Shown here piece by piece: positions 41,867 to 50,885 of a DNA stretch of 64,000 nucleotides. The stretch's first letter is position 1. The number at the start of each line of letters is the position of its first letter. A program made the translations under genes and the position numbers. The notes beneath the pieces are model-generated. The model did not search any database. It was not told the origin of the DNA and saw nothing but the letters and a program-made list of their open reading frames with translations. This stretch comes from an uncultured Actinomycetes bacterium (GTDB lineage Bacteria; Actinomycetota; UBA4738; HRBIN12), in the NCBI GenBank assembly GCA_963777495.1, contig CAVZQM010000001.1, positions 387,594 through 451,593 on the forward strand, written 5' to 3'.

Positions 41867-41890
41867 CGGCGATCCGGGTTCCGGTCGGGG

Positions 41891-43423
41891 TCAGCCTTCG
41901 TAGACGTGGACGACACCGTTCGCGCCGGATCCACGGCCGAGGTATCCCCACTCGGGGAAGTTGAAGTCCGCGGTGATCGAGGTCGGTAGCAGCAGGCTCG
42001 CCTCCAGGAAGACCTCGAGGTCCGGGATGCCGTAGAGGTTGACCTCCCACCCCTTCGTTTCGAGCAGGTCCACGCATCGCCGTGCGAGCGGGCTCCACGC
42101 CAGCGAGAGTCGCGACACCCCCCACCCACGGAGGAGCTGCAGCGTGTCGTCGACGGCGGTCTCGGCTGCGAGGAGCAAAGGGACGAGGAAGTCCACCGGG
42201 GTGGACATGGTGGAACGGGGGAACCGCTTCCGGATGGCCGAGAATCCGTGCGCCCCCAGGCTGGGGAGCTCGGCGTTGAACCAGACGCGATCATCACGTA
42301 CGCCCGCACGTACGACCATGTCGACCGTTTCCGCGAGGGTTGCGCCGCCCTCCTTCAGGTCGAGCTTCACCGATCGGCCGGCATCGAAGAGTCGATCGAT
42401 GGTGTGCGCGGTCAGGAGCGGGGACTCGTCGCGCCGCCACGGCATCTCGACGAAGTCGTCGTGTCGCAGCACGAGGCGCCCGACGGGATCGCGACGAACG
42501 TCGATCTCCGCCCATCTCACGTCGGAGTCCAGGAACCGCTCGAGGTTCACGCCATCGTTGACGCCGTGCCACACGAACTCCACGCGACTCGGGATCGATC
42601 CTTGCGGCACGAACTCGCGGAGTCGATAGCCCCGGCCGGTGACCGATCGGTCGTGGCGGAAGCGCTGCGAGCGGGAGATCGTGTCTGCGTGCAGGAACGC
42701 GATGTCGCCGCCAGGGTCTATCGCGGCCATCGCTCGGAGGTTCTCCGGCTCATTGTCCACGGCCGCCACCACCCGGAAGCCCCGGCGTCCGATCTCTTCG
42801 ATCACGGCTGCCTTCCCCGCCGGGATCGAGACCCCTTCGGTCGCCGTGAACAGGAGGTCCGGGTCGAATCGAACACGGTACTCACGACCGATCGTGTTGA
42901 GCGACTCGAGCGTCTCGTCCCGCATCCGATGCGGCCGCCCGGTGTTCAACGCGACGTGGGTGCGGGGTTGGAGCTGGAACCAGCGGATGACCCCGAACAC
43001 ACCCTCGTACGGCTTGCTCGCCGCCAGGATCGCCTCCCTGTCCCACAGATGTGATCGATAGAACGAGGCGACTTCCTCACGTTCGGCTTCCGGGACCGAC
43101 AACGAAGCCAGCAGCCGGTCGACGTCGTCCTCGTGATGCGTGATGTCGCTGGGAATCAACCCGACGAAGAGCCCGGTGCCCCGATCGCGGTCGGATGCGA
43201 GGAGCACATGGACGACCAGGTGTCGGAGGTCGAGGATCGTGCCGTCGATGTCGAAGACGATGCAGAGCTCGTCGTCAGGATGCCGGTGCCGGACTCCGTC
43301 GAAGTGCTCGGACAGGAACCGCATCCACGCCGATTGATCGGTCGACGCGGTGGCGGCCGACGTGGAGGCTCCCGACATACGCTCCGGGACCGCCACGGGG
43401 CTCGTGCGCTCGGGGAAGCTCAC
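41891..43423 (-). CDS. HAD-family phosphatase fused to a PLC-like/FAM151-type phosphodiesterase domain
   Basis: HAD motifs FDIDGT, NTGR, GK, VDNE; C-terminal WHGVN, AEIDV..LVLRHD, VKLDLK, VWFNAEL. Confidence 0.75.
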   Translation of the reverse strand: MSFPERTSPVAVPERMSGASTSAATASTDQSAWMRFLSEHFDGVRHRHPDDELCIVFDIDGTILDLRHLVVHVLLASDRDRGTGLFVGLIPSDITHHEDDVDRLLASLSVPEAEREEVASFYRSHLWDREAILAASKPYEGVFGVIRWFQLQPRTHVALNTGRPHRMRDETLESLNTIGREYRVRFDPDLLFTATEGVSIPAGKAAVIEEIGRRGFRVVAAVDNEPENLRAMAAIDPGGDIAFLHADTISRSQRFRHDRSVTGRGYRLREFVPQGSIPSRVEFVWHGVNDGVNLERFLDSDVRWAEIDVRRDPVGRLVLRHDDFVEMPWRRDESPLLTAHTIDRLFDAGRSVKLDLKEGGATLAETVDMVVRAGVRDDRVWFNAELPSLGAHGFSAIRKRFPRSTMSTPVDFLVPLLLAAETAVDDTLQLLRGWGVSRLSLAWSPLARRCVDLLETKGWEVNLYGIPDLEVFLEASLLLPTSITADFNFPEWGYLGRGSGANGVVHVYEG

Positions 43424-43866
43424 GCGTCCAGCCTACGGGGGCGATGAGTCGGTGCGTCGAAGTCGACGAAGTGTTCACGAGCTCGCCCGGGTCGCGTCGG
43501 ATGGTCGATGCCGTCCGTTCCTCGCCCGGACGCGTTGTGCCTTGCCAAGGGTCGTTCATCCAGCCGTCGCCGACCGGCCATGTGCCGGATGCCGACAGGG
43601 CGTGCTCCGCGCCATATGGTGCCGGGAGATGCTCGAGCGACTCAGACGGCACTACCGACGCTGGCGGACACCAGGGGTCGAGCCCATGCGGATCGGCCGT
43701 GAAGCCGTGGCCGGTTGGCGTCCGATGGCTCGGGGAGACGGTTCCCGCCGCGCGAGCCCACGTTCGAGTTCCTCGTGGTGCCCCGGGACGGCACGGGGCC
43801 GGATCCCTCGCGACCGCCAGGCGCACGCGCGGATGTGTCCGAGGACGGCTCGGCAGTAAGGACCGA

Positions 43867-44658
43867 CTACTCGGCGGGGACGAGCGAGGCGACGGGTCCC
43901 CGGGTGGCTGCGAGACGGCCGACCTCGCGGAAGCCGAGGCGCTCGTACATCCGCACCACTGCCTCGTGATCGGGGTCCGCGAACAAGCTCACGCGGTCGG
44001 CGCCCGACTCCCGGGCGAGCTCGATGGCGGCGGCCACGATGGCCGACGCCAACCCGCGACCCCGCGCCTCGGGGAACGTCGCGACGTTGTCAAGGTAGCC
44101 GACGCCCTCCAACACGATGACGGCGGCGATCGCGACGATGACGTCGGCATCGTCGCGGACGCCCAACCACCGCTTGTGACCACCGGCGGCCGTCGATTCC
44201 TCGATCGCCCGGAGCTGCGCCGCGACGACCGGCTCGTTGCCGAACAGTGCGAGGGACGCCTCCAGACGCTCCCAGAGCTCGTCGCCGTGCTGCAGGGTCT
44301 CGACGCGAGCATGGTTGGGCTCGATGGTGGGATCGGCCTGCAGATCCATCACCAGATCCCACGACAAGGTGTGGCCCAGCGTCGAGAGCTCCACGAGCAG
44401 GTCGGTGGATTCCTCCGGACGGAAACAGACCACGTGGAACGTCTCCGTGCCGCCCCGCGACAGCGCCGGGAGCAGGGACGCGGAGACCTCGGCGAGCGTG
44501 AGGTCCGGCGCTGCGACGTCGACACGCGCGTAGTTGAGATCCCAGATCTGCGGAAACCGGGGCTCCGTGACCACCGCGCCCCACCACGTCGGCTCGACGT
44601 GGAAGAGCCGTTCGTCTAGGGCCTTCCAGAACCGATGGATGTGTTCGGGAATAGCCAT
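43867..44658 (-). CDS. GNAT family acetyltransferase
   Basis: YLDNVATFPEARGRGLAS, MYERLGF; TAGACT 7 nt before the ATG. Confidence 0.85.
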   Translation of the reverse strand: MAIPEHIHRFWKALDERLFHVEPTWWGAVVTEPRFPQIWDLNYARVDVAAPDLTLAEVSASLLPALSRGGTETFHVVCFRPEESTDLLVELSTLGHTLSWDLVMDLQADPTIEPNHARVETLQHGDELWERLEASLALFGNEPVVAAQLRAIEESTAAGGHKRWLGVRDDADVIVAIAAVIVLEGVGYLDNVATFPEARGRGLASAIVAAAIELARESGADRVSLFADPDHEAVVRMYERLGFREVGRLAATRGPVASLVPAE

Positions 44659-44695
44659 GGGCGGAGAGTCTAGAGCGTGCGCTACCCTCGCTCGG

Positions 44696-45667
44696 ATGAT
44701 CAACGGGGTGGTCTACCGTGATGGTTCGCCCGAGGGCGATCGGTTCGAGCCGAGCTCGGTCGGCACGTTGACCGAAGGCGAATGGTGCTGGTTCGATGTG
44801 GTGGATCCGACGGTCGTCGACCTCTCCTCCTTGCAGACCGAACTCGGGTTGCACCCCCTCGCCGTGGAGGATGCGCGGCATCGACAGCAGCGCCCGAAGG
44901 TGGAGCTCTATGCCGACCACGCGTTCGTCGTGGCGCGCCCCTTGACCGTCGCGGCATCCGGCGAGGTCGCCGAGACCGAGATCCACGCCTTCGTCTCACA
45001 TCGATGGCTCGTCACGATCCGGTTCACTCCGGTCTATGACCTCACGGCGATCAAGCGGCGATGGGAGGCCAATCGATCGCTCGCCGGCGGGGGGATCGGT
45101 GTGGCGCTCTACGTGCTGATCGACGAGGTGGCGGACGGGTACCTCAACGTCGTCGAACGCCTGGAGGATCTGGCAGACGATCTCGAGGACCGGGTCTTCG
45201 GTCGAGGGAGGATGGGCGAGGACCAGAGCGAACTGCAGGCGAGCATCCTGCGGCTGCGCCGGGAGGTCGTACGGCTGCGCCGGTTCGCCATGCCGTTGCG
45301 GCAAGCCATCGACATGCTGCACGAGGAGATGTGGTTCCTGAACCGGGAGCTGGTGCCCTACTACCGCGATGTCGCCGAGCACCTGCTCCGATCGGTGGAG
45401 CTTGCCGACAACGTCCGAGATTCCCTGACGACCATCTTGGAGGTGCGGAACGCGCAGGCCGCGAACCAGCTCAACGAGGTGATGAAGAAGCTCACGGCGT
45501 GGGCCGGGATCATCCTGGTCCCGACGCTCATCGCCGGCATCTACGGCATGAACTTCCGGGGCATGCCGGAGCTGGATTGGTCGATCGGTTACCCGCTGGC
45601 GCTGGGGATGATGGTGGCCGCGTCGTCTGCGTTGTACTTCGTGTTCAAACGGAACGATTGGTTGTAG
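44696..45667 (+). CDS. corA: CorA-family Mg2+/divalent cation transporter
   Basis: LHPLAVEDA..QRPKVE, PTLIAGIYGMNF. Confidence 0.95.
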   Translation: MINGVVYRDGSPEGDRFEPSSVGTLTEGEWCWFDVVDPTVVDLSSLQTELGLHPLAVEDARHRQQRPKVELYADHAFVVARPLTVAASGEVAETEIHAFVSHRWLVTIRFTPVYDLTAIKRRWEANRSLAGGGIGVALYVLIDEVADGYLNVVERLEDLADDLEDRVFGRGRMGEDQSELQASILRLRREVVRLRRFAMPLRQAIDMLHEEMWFLNRELVPYYRDVAEHLLRSVELADNVRDSLTTILEVRNAQAANQLNEVMKKLTAWAGIILVPTLIAGIYGMNFRGMPELDWSIGYPLALGMMVAASSALYFVFKRNDWL

Positions 45668-45670
45668 CCG

Positions 45671-46000
45671 ATGTGCCGCGCGTTGAAGGTGCTATGCGTC
45701 GCCGGCGATGCCGAGTCGCTGCAGGCCTTGAAGAACGCCGCGGTCTCGGCCGAGTGGGAGCTGGCACCCGGGGCGACGAACGAAGCCGACGCCATCGGAC
45801 AGATCGACGCCGAGCGGCCGCACATCCTGATCGTGTTCGGTCCGTTCGAGCGGTTGGTGCAGCTCGCGGCCGAGCGGTTCCCGGGGATGCGGATCATCGC
45901 CGACCGGGACGCACCCGGGGCCACGAGCGTGGCCACCTCGCTGGACGAGGTCCGGGGGCTCATCGAAGGAGGCCCCCGCCCGGGCGGTCCGGTTAGGTGA
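45671..46000 (+). CDS. Stand-alone degenerate receiver-like protein
   Basis: LKVLCVAGD..A..NEADAIGQI..ERPHILIV beta/alpha pattern with no acidic phosphoacceptor. Confidence 0.55.
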   Translation: MCRALKVLCVAGDAESLQALKNAAVSAEWELAPGATNEADAIGQIDAERPHILIVFGPFERLVQLAAERFPGMRIIADRDAPGATSVATSLDEVRGLIEGGPRPGGPVR

Positions 46001-46033
46001 CGTGAGGGGTTCGCCGACGTCAGCTCGTAGCCG

Positions 46034-46468
46034 TCAACTCCACGGACCCCAACCGTGCTGTTTCACCATGCGCATGGTGACGATGATGTTGGCGCGCGCG
46101 TTGTACGCCGACCAACCCTGGAACCCATAGGCGGATGCCCGGCCCGGCCAGTACCGCAGCATGTGTTGATAGATGCCGGCGCAACCGGATGGGTTGTAGG
46201 CGTTGGGATGGAACTGCGACTCGCGATCCGCGATCGCGAGCGCGGTGCCTTCGCCGCCGGGGATGTTCCAATGGTCGGCGGCGCATCGGATCAGCTGCTT
46301 GATGTGCCAGGTGCCCTTGTGCCAGTCGTAGTTGCAGATCTTCGCCGGTACCTGAAGCCGGTCCTCGGGGATACCCGCGTGCGAGATCGTTGCGGGCACC
46401 ACCGTCAGGATCGCGGCGATGGAGAGCGCGGCCACGGCGTGGCGGCGCAGCGTCGAAAGATATGTCAT
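46034..46468 (-). CDS. Secreted lysozyme-like lytic transglycosylase (SLT-like)
   Basis: Signal peptide; ALAIADRESQFHPNAYNPSGCAGIYQH, ANI, WGPW. Confidence 0.8.
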   Translation of the reverse strand: MTYLSTLRRHAVAALSIAAILTVVPATISHAGIPEDRLQVPAKICNYDWHKGTWHIKQLIRCAADHWNIPGGEGTALAIADRESQFHPNAYNPSGCAGIYQHMLRYWPGRASAYGFQGWSAYNARANIIVTMRMVKQHGWGPWS

Positions 46469-46735
46469 AACGGGTTCACCCCCGCGGTGACCCGGAGCTG
46501 GCTGCTCCGCCTCTTGCGACCGGACGGCTACGGACTCCGCCGGAGCCGGTCGACCCGCGGTAGGTCGTGGGTGCCTGCATCACCTCCTGTTGTCGGTGGT
46601 CTCTGTGTGACCTATCGCTCGCATCCGAACGGCCCTCCCTGCTCCTCCTGCACGCAGGCAAGCGCCAACCGCCCTGGGAAGGTGGAGGCGCACTTGCGTG
46701 CAGGGGAAGGAACGGACAGTCGTTCGTCGCGGACC
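46469..46735 (-). ncRNA. Candidate structured 5' leader or sRNA of unknown family
   Basis: Follows a consensus promoter; about 100-nt rod-like hairpin (46626-46726) plus further hairpins, one covering the putative SD. Confidence 0.45.
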
Positions 46736-46740
46736 GGCCA

Positions 46741-46770
46741 ACCCTAGACAACGACTTGAGGAACTGACAA
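46741..46770 (-). promoter_or_regulatory. Housekeeping-sigma promoter
   Basis: TTGTCA-N18-TAGGGT on the minus strand. Confidence 0.7.
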
Positions 46771-46842
46771 CTCGAGGATGACCCAAGGTCACAACCCGCG
46801 GACGAGGGTCGGTCATCGCCGACTCCGGGCTACCATGGGTGC

Positions 46843-47793
46843 GTGAGCGGAAAAGTCCTCCTCGCGTCACCCCGCGGCTACTGCGCCGGCGTGGATCGTG
46901 CCGTCGACGCGGTCGAGCGCGCGCTGGCCAAGCACGGCGCGCCCGTGTACGTCCGCAAGCAGATCGTGCACAACCTGCACGTGGTGCGCGACCTCGAATC
47001 GAAGGGCGCCGTGTTCGTCGAGGAGGAGACCGAGGTGCCCGAAGGAGCGGTCGTCGTTCTCTCCGCCCACGGCGTCGCTCCCGATGTCTACTCGAACTCG
47101 AAGGTTCGGGGTCTCGAGGTGATCGACGCGACCTGTCCGCTCGTGACGAAGGTCCACATGGAGGCACGGCGATTCGCGGAGGACGGCCGGACGATCGTGC
47201 TGATCGGCCACCAAGGCCACGAGGAGGTCGTGGGCACGACGGGCCAGGCCCCCGAGCGGACGATCTTGGTCCAGAGTCCCGACGAAGCCCGGTCGGTCGA
47301 GATCCAGGACCCCGACAACCTGTCGTACCTGACCCAGACGACCCTGTCCGTCGACGAGACGAACGAGATCCTCGAGATCCTGCGGGAGCGGTTCCCCGGG
47401 ATCGAGGGACCGCCTCGTGAGGACATCTGCTATGCCACGACCAACCGTCAGGACGCGGTGAAAGCGCTGGCACCGCGCGTGGATGTGCTCCTGGTGATCG
47501 GCTCGAAGAACTCGTCGAACTCGAACCGCCTGGCGGAGGTGAGCCGGGAGCGCGGCACGCCGGCCTACCTCGTCGACGACGACACCGACGTCGATCCCGC
47601 CTGGTTGGAGGGGGCGGAGACGGTGGGCCTCACGTCCGGGGCATCGGCGCCGGAATGGCTGGTGGATCGCATGCTGGCGTTCCTGGCATCCGACGGGTTC
47701 GACGACGTCGAGGTCATCACCCTGGCCGAAGAGCGCGTCCGCTTCTCGCTCCCCGTGGGTGTGCGCGACCTGCCGCTGACCGGTGCCGGCTAG
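46843..47793 (+). CDS. ispH: 4-hydroxy-3-methylbut-2-enyl diphosphate reductase
   Basis: PRGYCAGVDRA, IVHN, DATCPLV, DICYATTNRQ, SSNSNRL. Confidence 0.97.
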   Translation: MSGKVLLASPRGYCAGVDRAVDAVERALAKHGAPVYVRKQIVHNLHVVRDLESKGAVFVEEETEVPEGAVVVLSAHGVAPDVYSNSKVRGLEVIDATCPLVTKVHMEARRFAEDGRTIVLIGHQGHEEVVGTTGQAPERTILVQSPDEARSVEIQDPDNLSYLTQTTLSVDETNEILEILRERFPGIEGPPREDICYATTNRQDAVKALAPRVDVLLVIGSKNSSNSNRLAEVSRERGTPAYLVDDDTDVDPAWLEGAETVGLTSGASAPEWLVDRMLAFLASDGFDDVEVITLAEERVRFSLPVGVRDLPLTGAG

Positions 47794-48341
47794 ATCCAGG
47801 CCGAGAACTGGTCCCGGTCTTCCTCGGGCTCCTCGTAGGCGATAGAGACGAGCGTGCTCGTCTCGGTCACGCCGGGGAGTTGGTGGATCTCGTCCAGGAC
47901 CACGCCGCTCGCGACCTCCCACGGCTGCGCGACGCAGACCAGCAGGTCCCACTCGCCTCCCAGCACCGCTACGCCGGCCACGTCCTGCATCTCCGACACG
48001 CGTTCGACGAGCCCGGCGGCCGCCCCCGCTTGCGCCTTCACATGGACGTAGCAGGCGCCGGCCACGATCGGCGGCGGCTGCACGTTGCCGAACCCAGCGA
48101 TCCCGACGCGATCGGGCGGCACGACCGGCGCGGTCAGCGTTCGGACCACGCCGTCCACCCCGTGGAGCTGTGCGAGCACCGTCGCGGCGATCTGCTCCAG
48201 GTCGGTGCCCTCCACCTGGAGCAGCACGTCCCACGCCCCGACGACCGCCAGCGCCCGCCGGAGGCCGGTGCGGCCGGCCAGTTGCGTCAGGACCGCGGGG
48301 ACCTTGCCGGGCGTCACCCGCAGATACACGTATGCGTCCAT
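47790..48341 (-). CDS. Tandem Lrp/AsnC ligand-binding (RAM) domain protein without HTH
   Basis: Two repeats: AYVYLRV...VVGAWDVLLQVE...GVVRTLT and CYVHVK...LGGEWDLLVCV...GVTETST. Confidence 0.8.
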   Translation of the reverse strand: MDAYVYLRVTPGKVPAVLTQLAGRTGLRRALAVVGAWDVLLQVEGTDLEQIAATVLAQLHGVDGVVRTLTAPVVPPDRVGIAGFGNVQPPPIVAGACYVHVKAQAGAAAGLVERVSEMQDVAGVAVLGGEWDLLVCVAQPWEVASGVVLDEIHQLPGVTETSTLVSIAYEEPEEDRDQFSAWI

Positions 48342-48343
48342 CG

Positions 48344-49541
48344 TCAGCCCTCCACCCCGACCGGACGGCCCGCGCTGCAGAGGTCGACCAGCTCGTCCTC
48401 GCCCTCCTCGGGACCCACCGAGATCAGCCGATCGCCGGCCTTGAGCGCGAAGCCGGCGCGGGGACGGTAGGTCCAGCGGGACCCGCGTTGCACGGCCAGA
48501 ACGAACATGCCCGTCTCCGTCTCGACGCGGAGATCGCGCAGCGACGTACCGTCGGCACGCGATCCGTCCTCGACGACGGTCTCCGCGAACGTCTCCTCGG
48601 TCTCTTCCAGCGCCATCTGCACGACCGGGTGCAGCGGCTCGCCGTGCTCGACGTACCACGTCATGTCGCGCGCGGAGTCACACACGTATTCGCTCGCGCT
48701 CGCCAGACGGAGCAACCCTCGCAGCTCGTCGGGGTTGCGGGCCTCGGGGGCCGCGCGAAGCACCCACGACTCGAGTTCGTCGTGCAGGATGTCGCTCCGG
48801 GCCTCGAGCGCTCCCACCTCGGCGGCGAGCGACTTGTTGTTGAAGAGCAGCGACGAGTACGCGAGACCCACGGCCGCCTCGGACAGGTCTTTCATCTCCA
48901 CCAGGATGTCGACCGCGCGGTCGAGCTCGGAGAGTGCGGGGAAGTCGTCGTTCTCGACCGCCGCGAGCGGTGCGGCCCCGGCGAGCTGGCGCACGAGGTT
49001 GACGCCCTCCTCGGGGCCGCGGATCAGCAGGACGTCGTGCTCGCTCACGACATCGTCGGGGCCCGGGTCGAACCGCCAATCCATGCCGCTGCGGATGGCC
49101 ATGACCCACATGCCGGTCTCCGTCGGCAACGAAAGATCGCGCAGGCGTCCGGCCGGCCGCCGGCGCTTCCGTGCGGATCTTGACGCGCGCGGTCATCTCG
49201 TCGGCGTGACGGAGGTCGTGGCGGAGCGCGTCGGGGATACCGAGCCGAGCCGCCACGACGCGGGCGATGTCGGACGCGGCATCGCCGATCCGCTCGATCG
49301 CGTCGGCGATCCACAGGACCCCTGCCATGCCCTCCGCGTCATCGGGGCTGCGCGCCGCGAGCATGGCCATGATGCGGAGCCGACGCAGGTGGCCGTTCAT
49401 CCGCTCTTCGAGACGGTCGACCTCCCGGGCCAGCTTCTCCTCGTTGAAGAACACGGCCGCGTACGCGAGGTCGACCATGAGCTCGGAGGCGTCCTTCAGC
49501 TCGACGAGGAGCTCTTTGACGGTCCTGGGTTCGTCATCCAT
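48344..49541 (-). CDS. PhoU-RCK_C (TrkA-C) tandem-duplicated protein; frameshift near 49140
   Basis: ELKDASELMVDLAYAA and EMKDLSEAAVGLAYSS PhoU-like helices, each followed by a xLRDLxxxTETGMxVxAxxxG RCK_C domain. Confidence 0.85.
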
Positions 49542-50770
49542 GCGGCAGCACTCCAGATACTGACATAACGAAGAGAACGCAGGCGACCCCCGCCAGGTCC
49601 ATGACGCTCGTGATGATCGGGACGGTCTGGTTGTCCGGGTCCAGCCCGAATCGATACGTGACGATCGCGAGGTAGTAGCTCAGGCCGATCGTGATCGGCG
49701 TGACGATCAGCCCGGCCAGCAGCGTCGCGGCCGCCACGCGCGCCGGCGCAGCGGGCGCCTGCCCGGTGAGCGCCGCCAGACCCACGGCGATCGCACCGAT
49801 CAAGGAGAACACGACCACGCCCAACGCGAACACCACCGTGCCGTCCACGAGCGCCGGTGTCTCGGGCAACCCCCGGGGCGTGATGACACCGATCTGCAGC
49901 TTGGATGAGATGCGGGAAGAGAAGATCCCGCCCAATGCGCCGGCTTGCGAGACGAACGGCGGGATCAGGATCAGCAGCACCGGCACCGCCGTGAGCTCGG
50001 GGCAGCCGGTGCTCCTGCAGGACGCCGGCCAGGATGTCGAGGACCGGCGTCAGCAGGATCACCGCCATCATCTCCAGGATCACGCGCCGCACGACCGGTG
50101 CGCCCACGGTGTACGCGCGCAGCGACGCGTACAGCGCCGCCGCCACGCAGATCGCCGACACCACCGCGTTGACCGTCGCGTTGCGCACCAGGAACGTCGC
50201 GAGGTAGAGCGTCGGGAGCGTCGCCATGTCACCGAGCGCGGTGACCATCGGCGTCGACACCGAGTCCAGGTCCCACCCGCGCCGATACGACAGGATCGAC
50301 AGGCCGACCGTGACCACCAGGATGAAGACGGACCCGAGCGCACCACCGACCACCGAGATGGTCACGAGGCTCCAGAGCGAGATCGACGGCTCGCCGAACG
50401 CGGACGCGGCGACCTTCGCCAGCACGGCGAGCCACAGCGCCGAGCCGAACGTCGTGACGACCGCCACGTAGACGTTCTGATAGAGCACGCCGTCCTTACG
50501 GAAGCTCACCTCGAACGTCCCGGCGGCGTTCGTCGTGCCCAGGCGTGCGCCGATCGCCCCGAAGATCGTGCCGCGCATGCCGACGGCCGCGGGGATCAGG
50601 ATGAACAGTCCGGGGAGCGCCTTGAGGGTGTCGCCGAGGCCGGAGAGCGTCAGGCCGGCGACGAAACCCGCGACCGTGCTGAGGACGAGCGCGACCAAGC
50701 CCTGCCGGAGCGTTCGACGCTCGGCTCGCAGGGAGCGGAACACGCGCGTGGCGCGACGCGGGATGGCCAT
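49534..50770 (-). CDS. Integral membrane MgtE/SLC41-like cation transporter with two membrane repeats; frameshift near 49990
   Basis: PAAVGMRGTIFG, DLDSVSTPMVTALGD, PPFVSQAGALGG, LDPDNQTVPIITSVMD. Confidence 0.85.
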
Positions 50771-50885
50771 AACGGCACGCTCATGGGTCTCGTCCTCATC
50801 GGTCCTCGAGGGGAGCCGTTCGTGGGGTGGGACCCGATGGGTCCCGGGGCAGTATGGCCTGCGTGGAGGGCCTGGACAACCCTGG

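Noticed and set aside
46469-46560. Possible c-di-AMP (ydaO) or c-di-GMP-I riboswitch call
   Set aside because: Only short fragments match; the conserved GGGGGAACC and CCGTCAGCTAAC elements, or GGCAAACC and GACGCAAAGCC elements, are absent. Left as an unnamed candidate.
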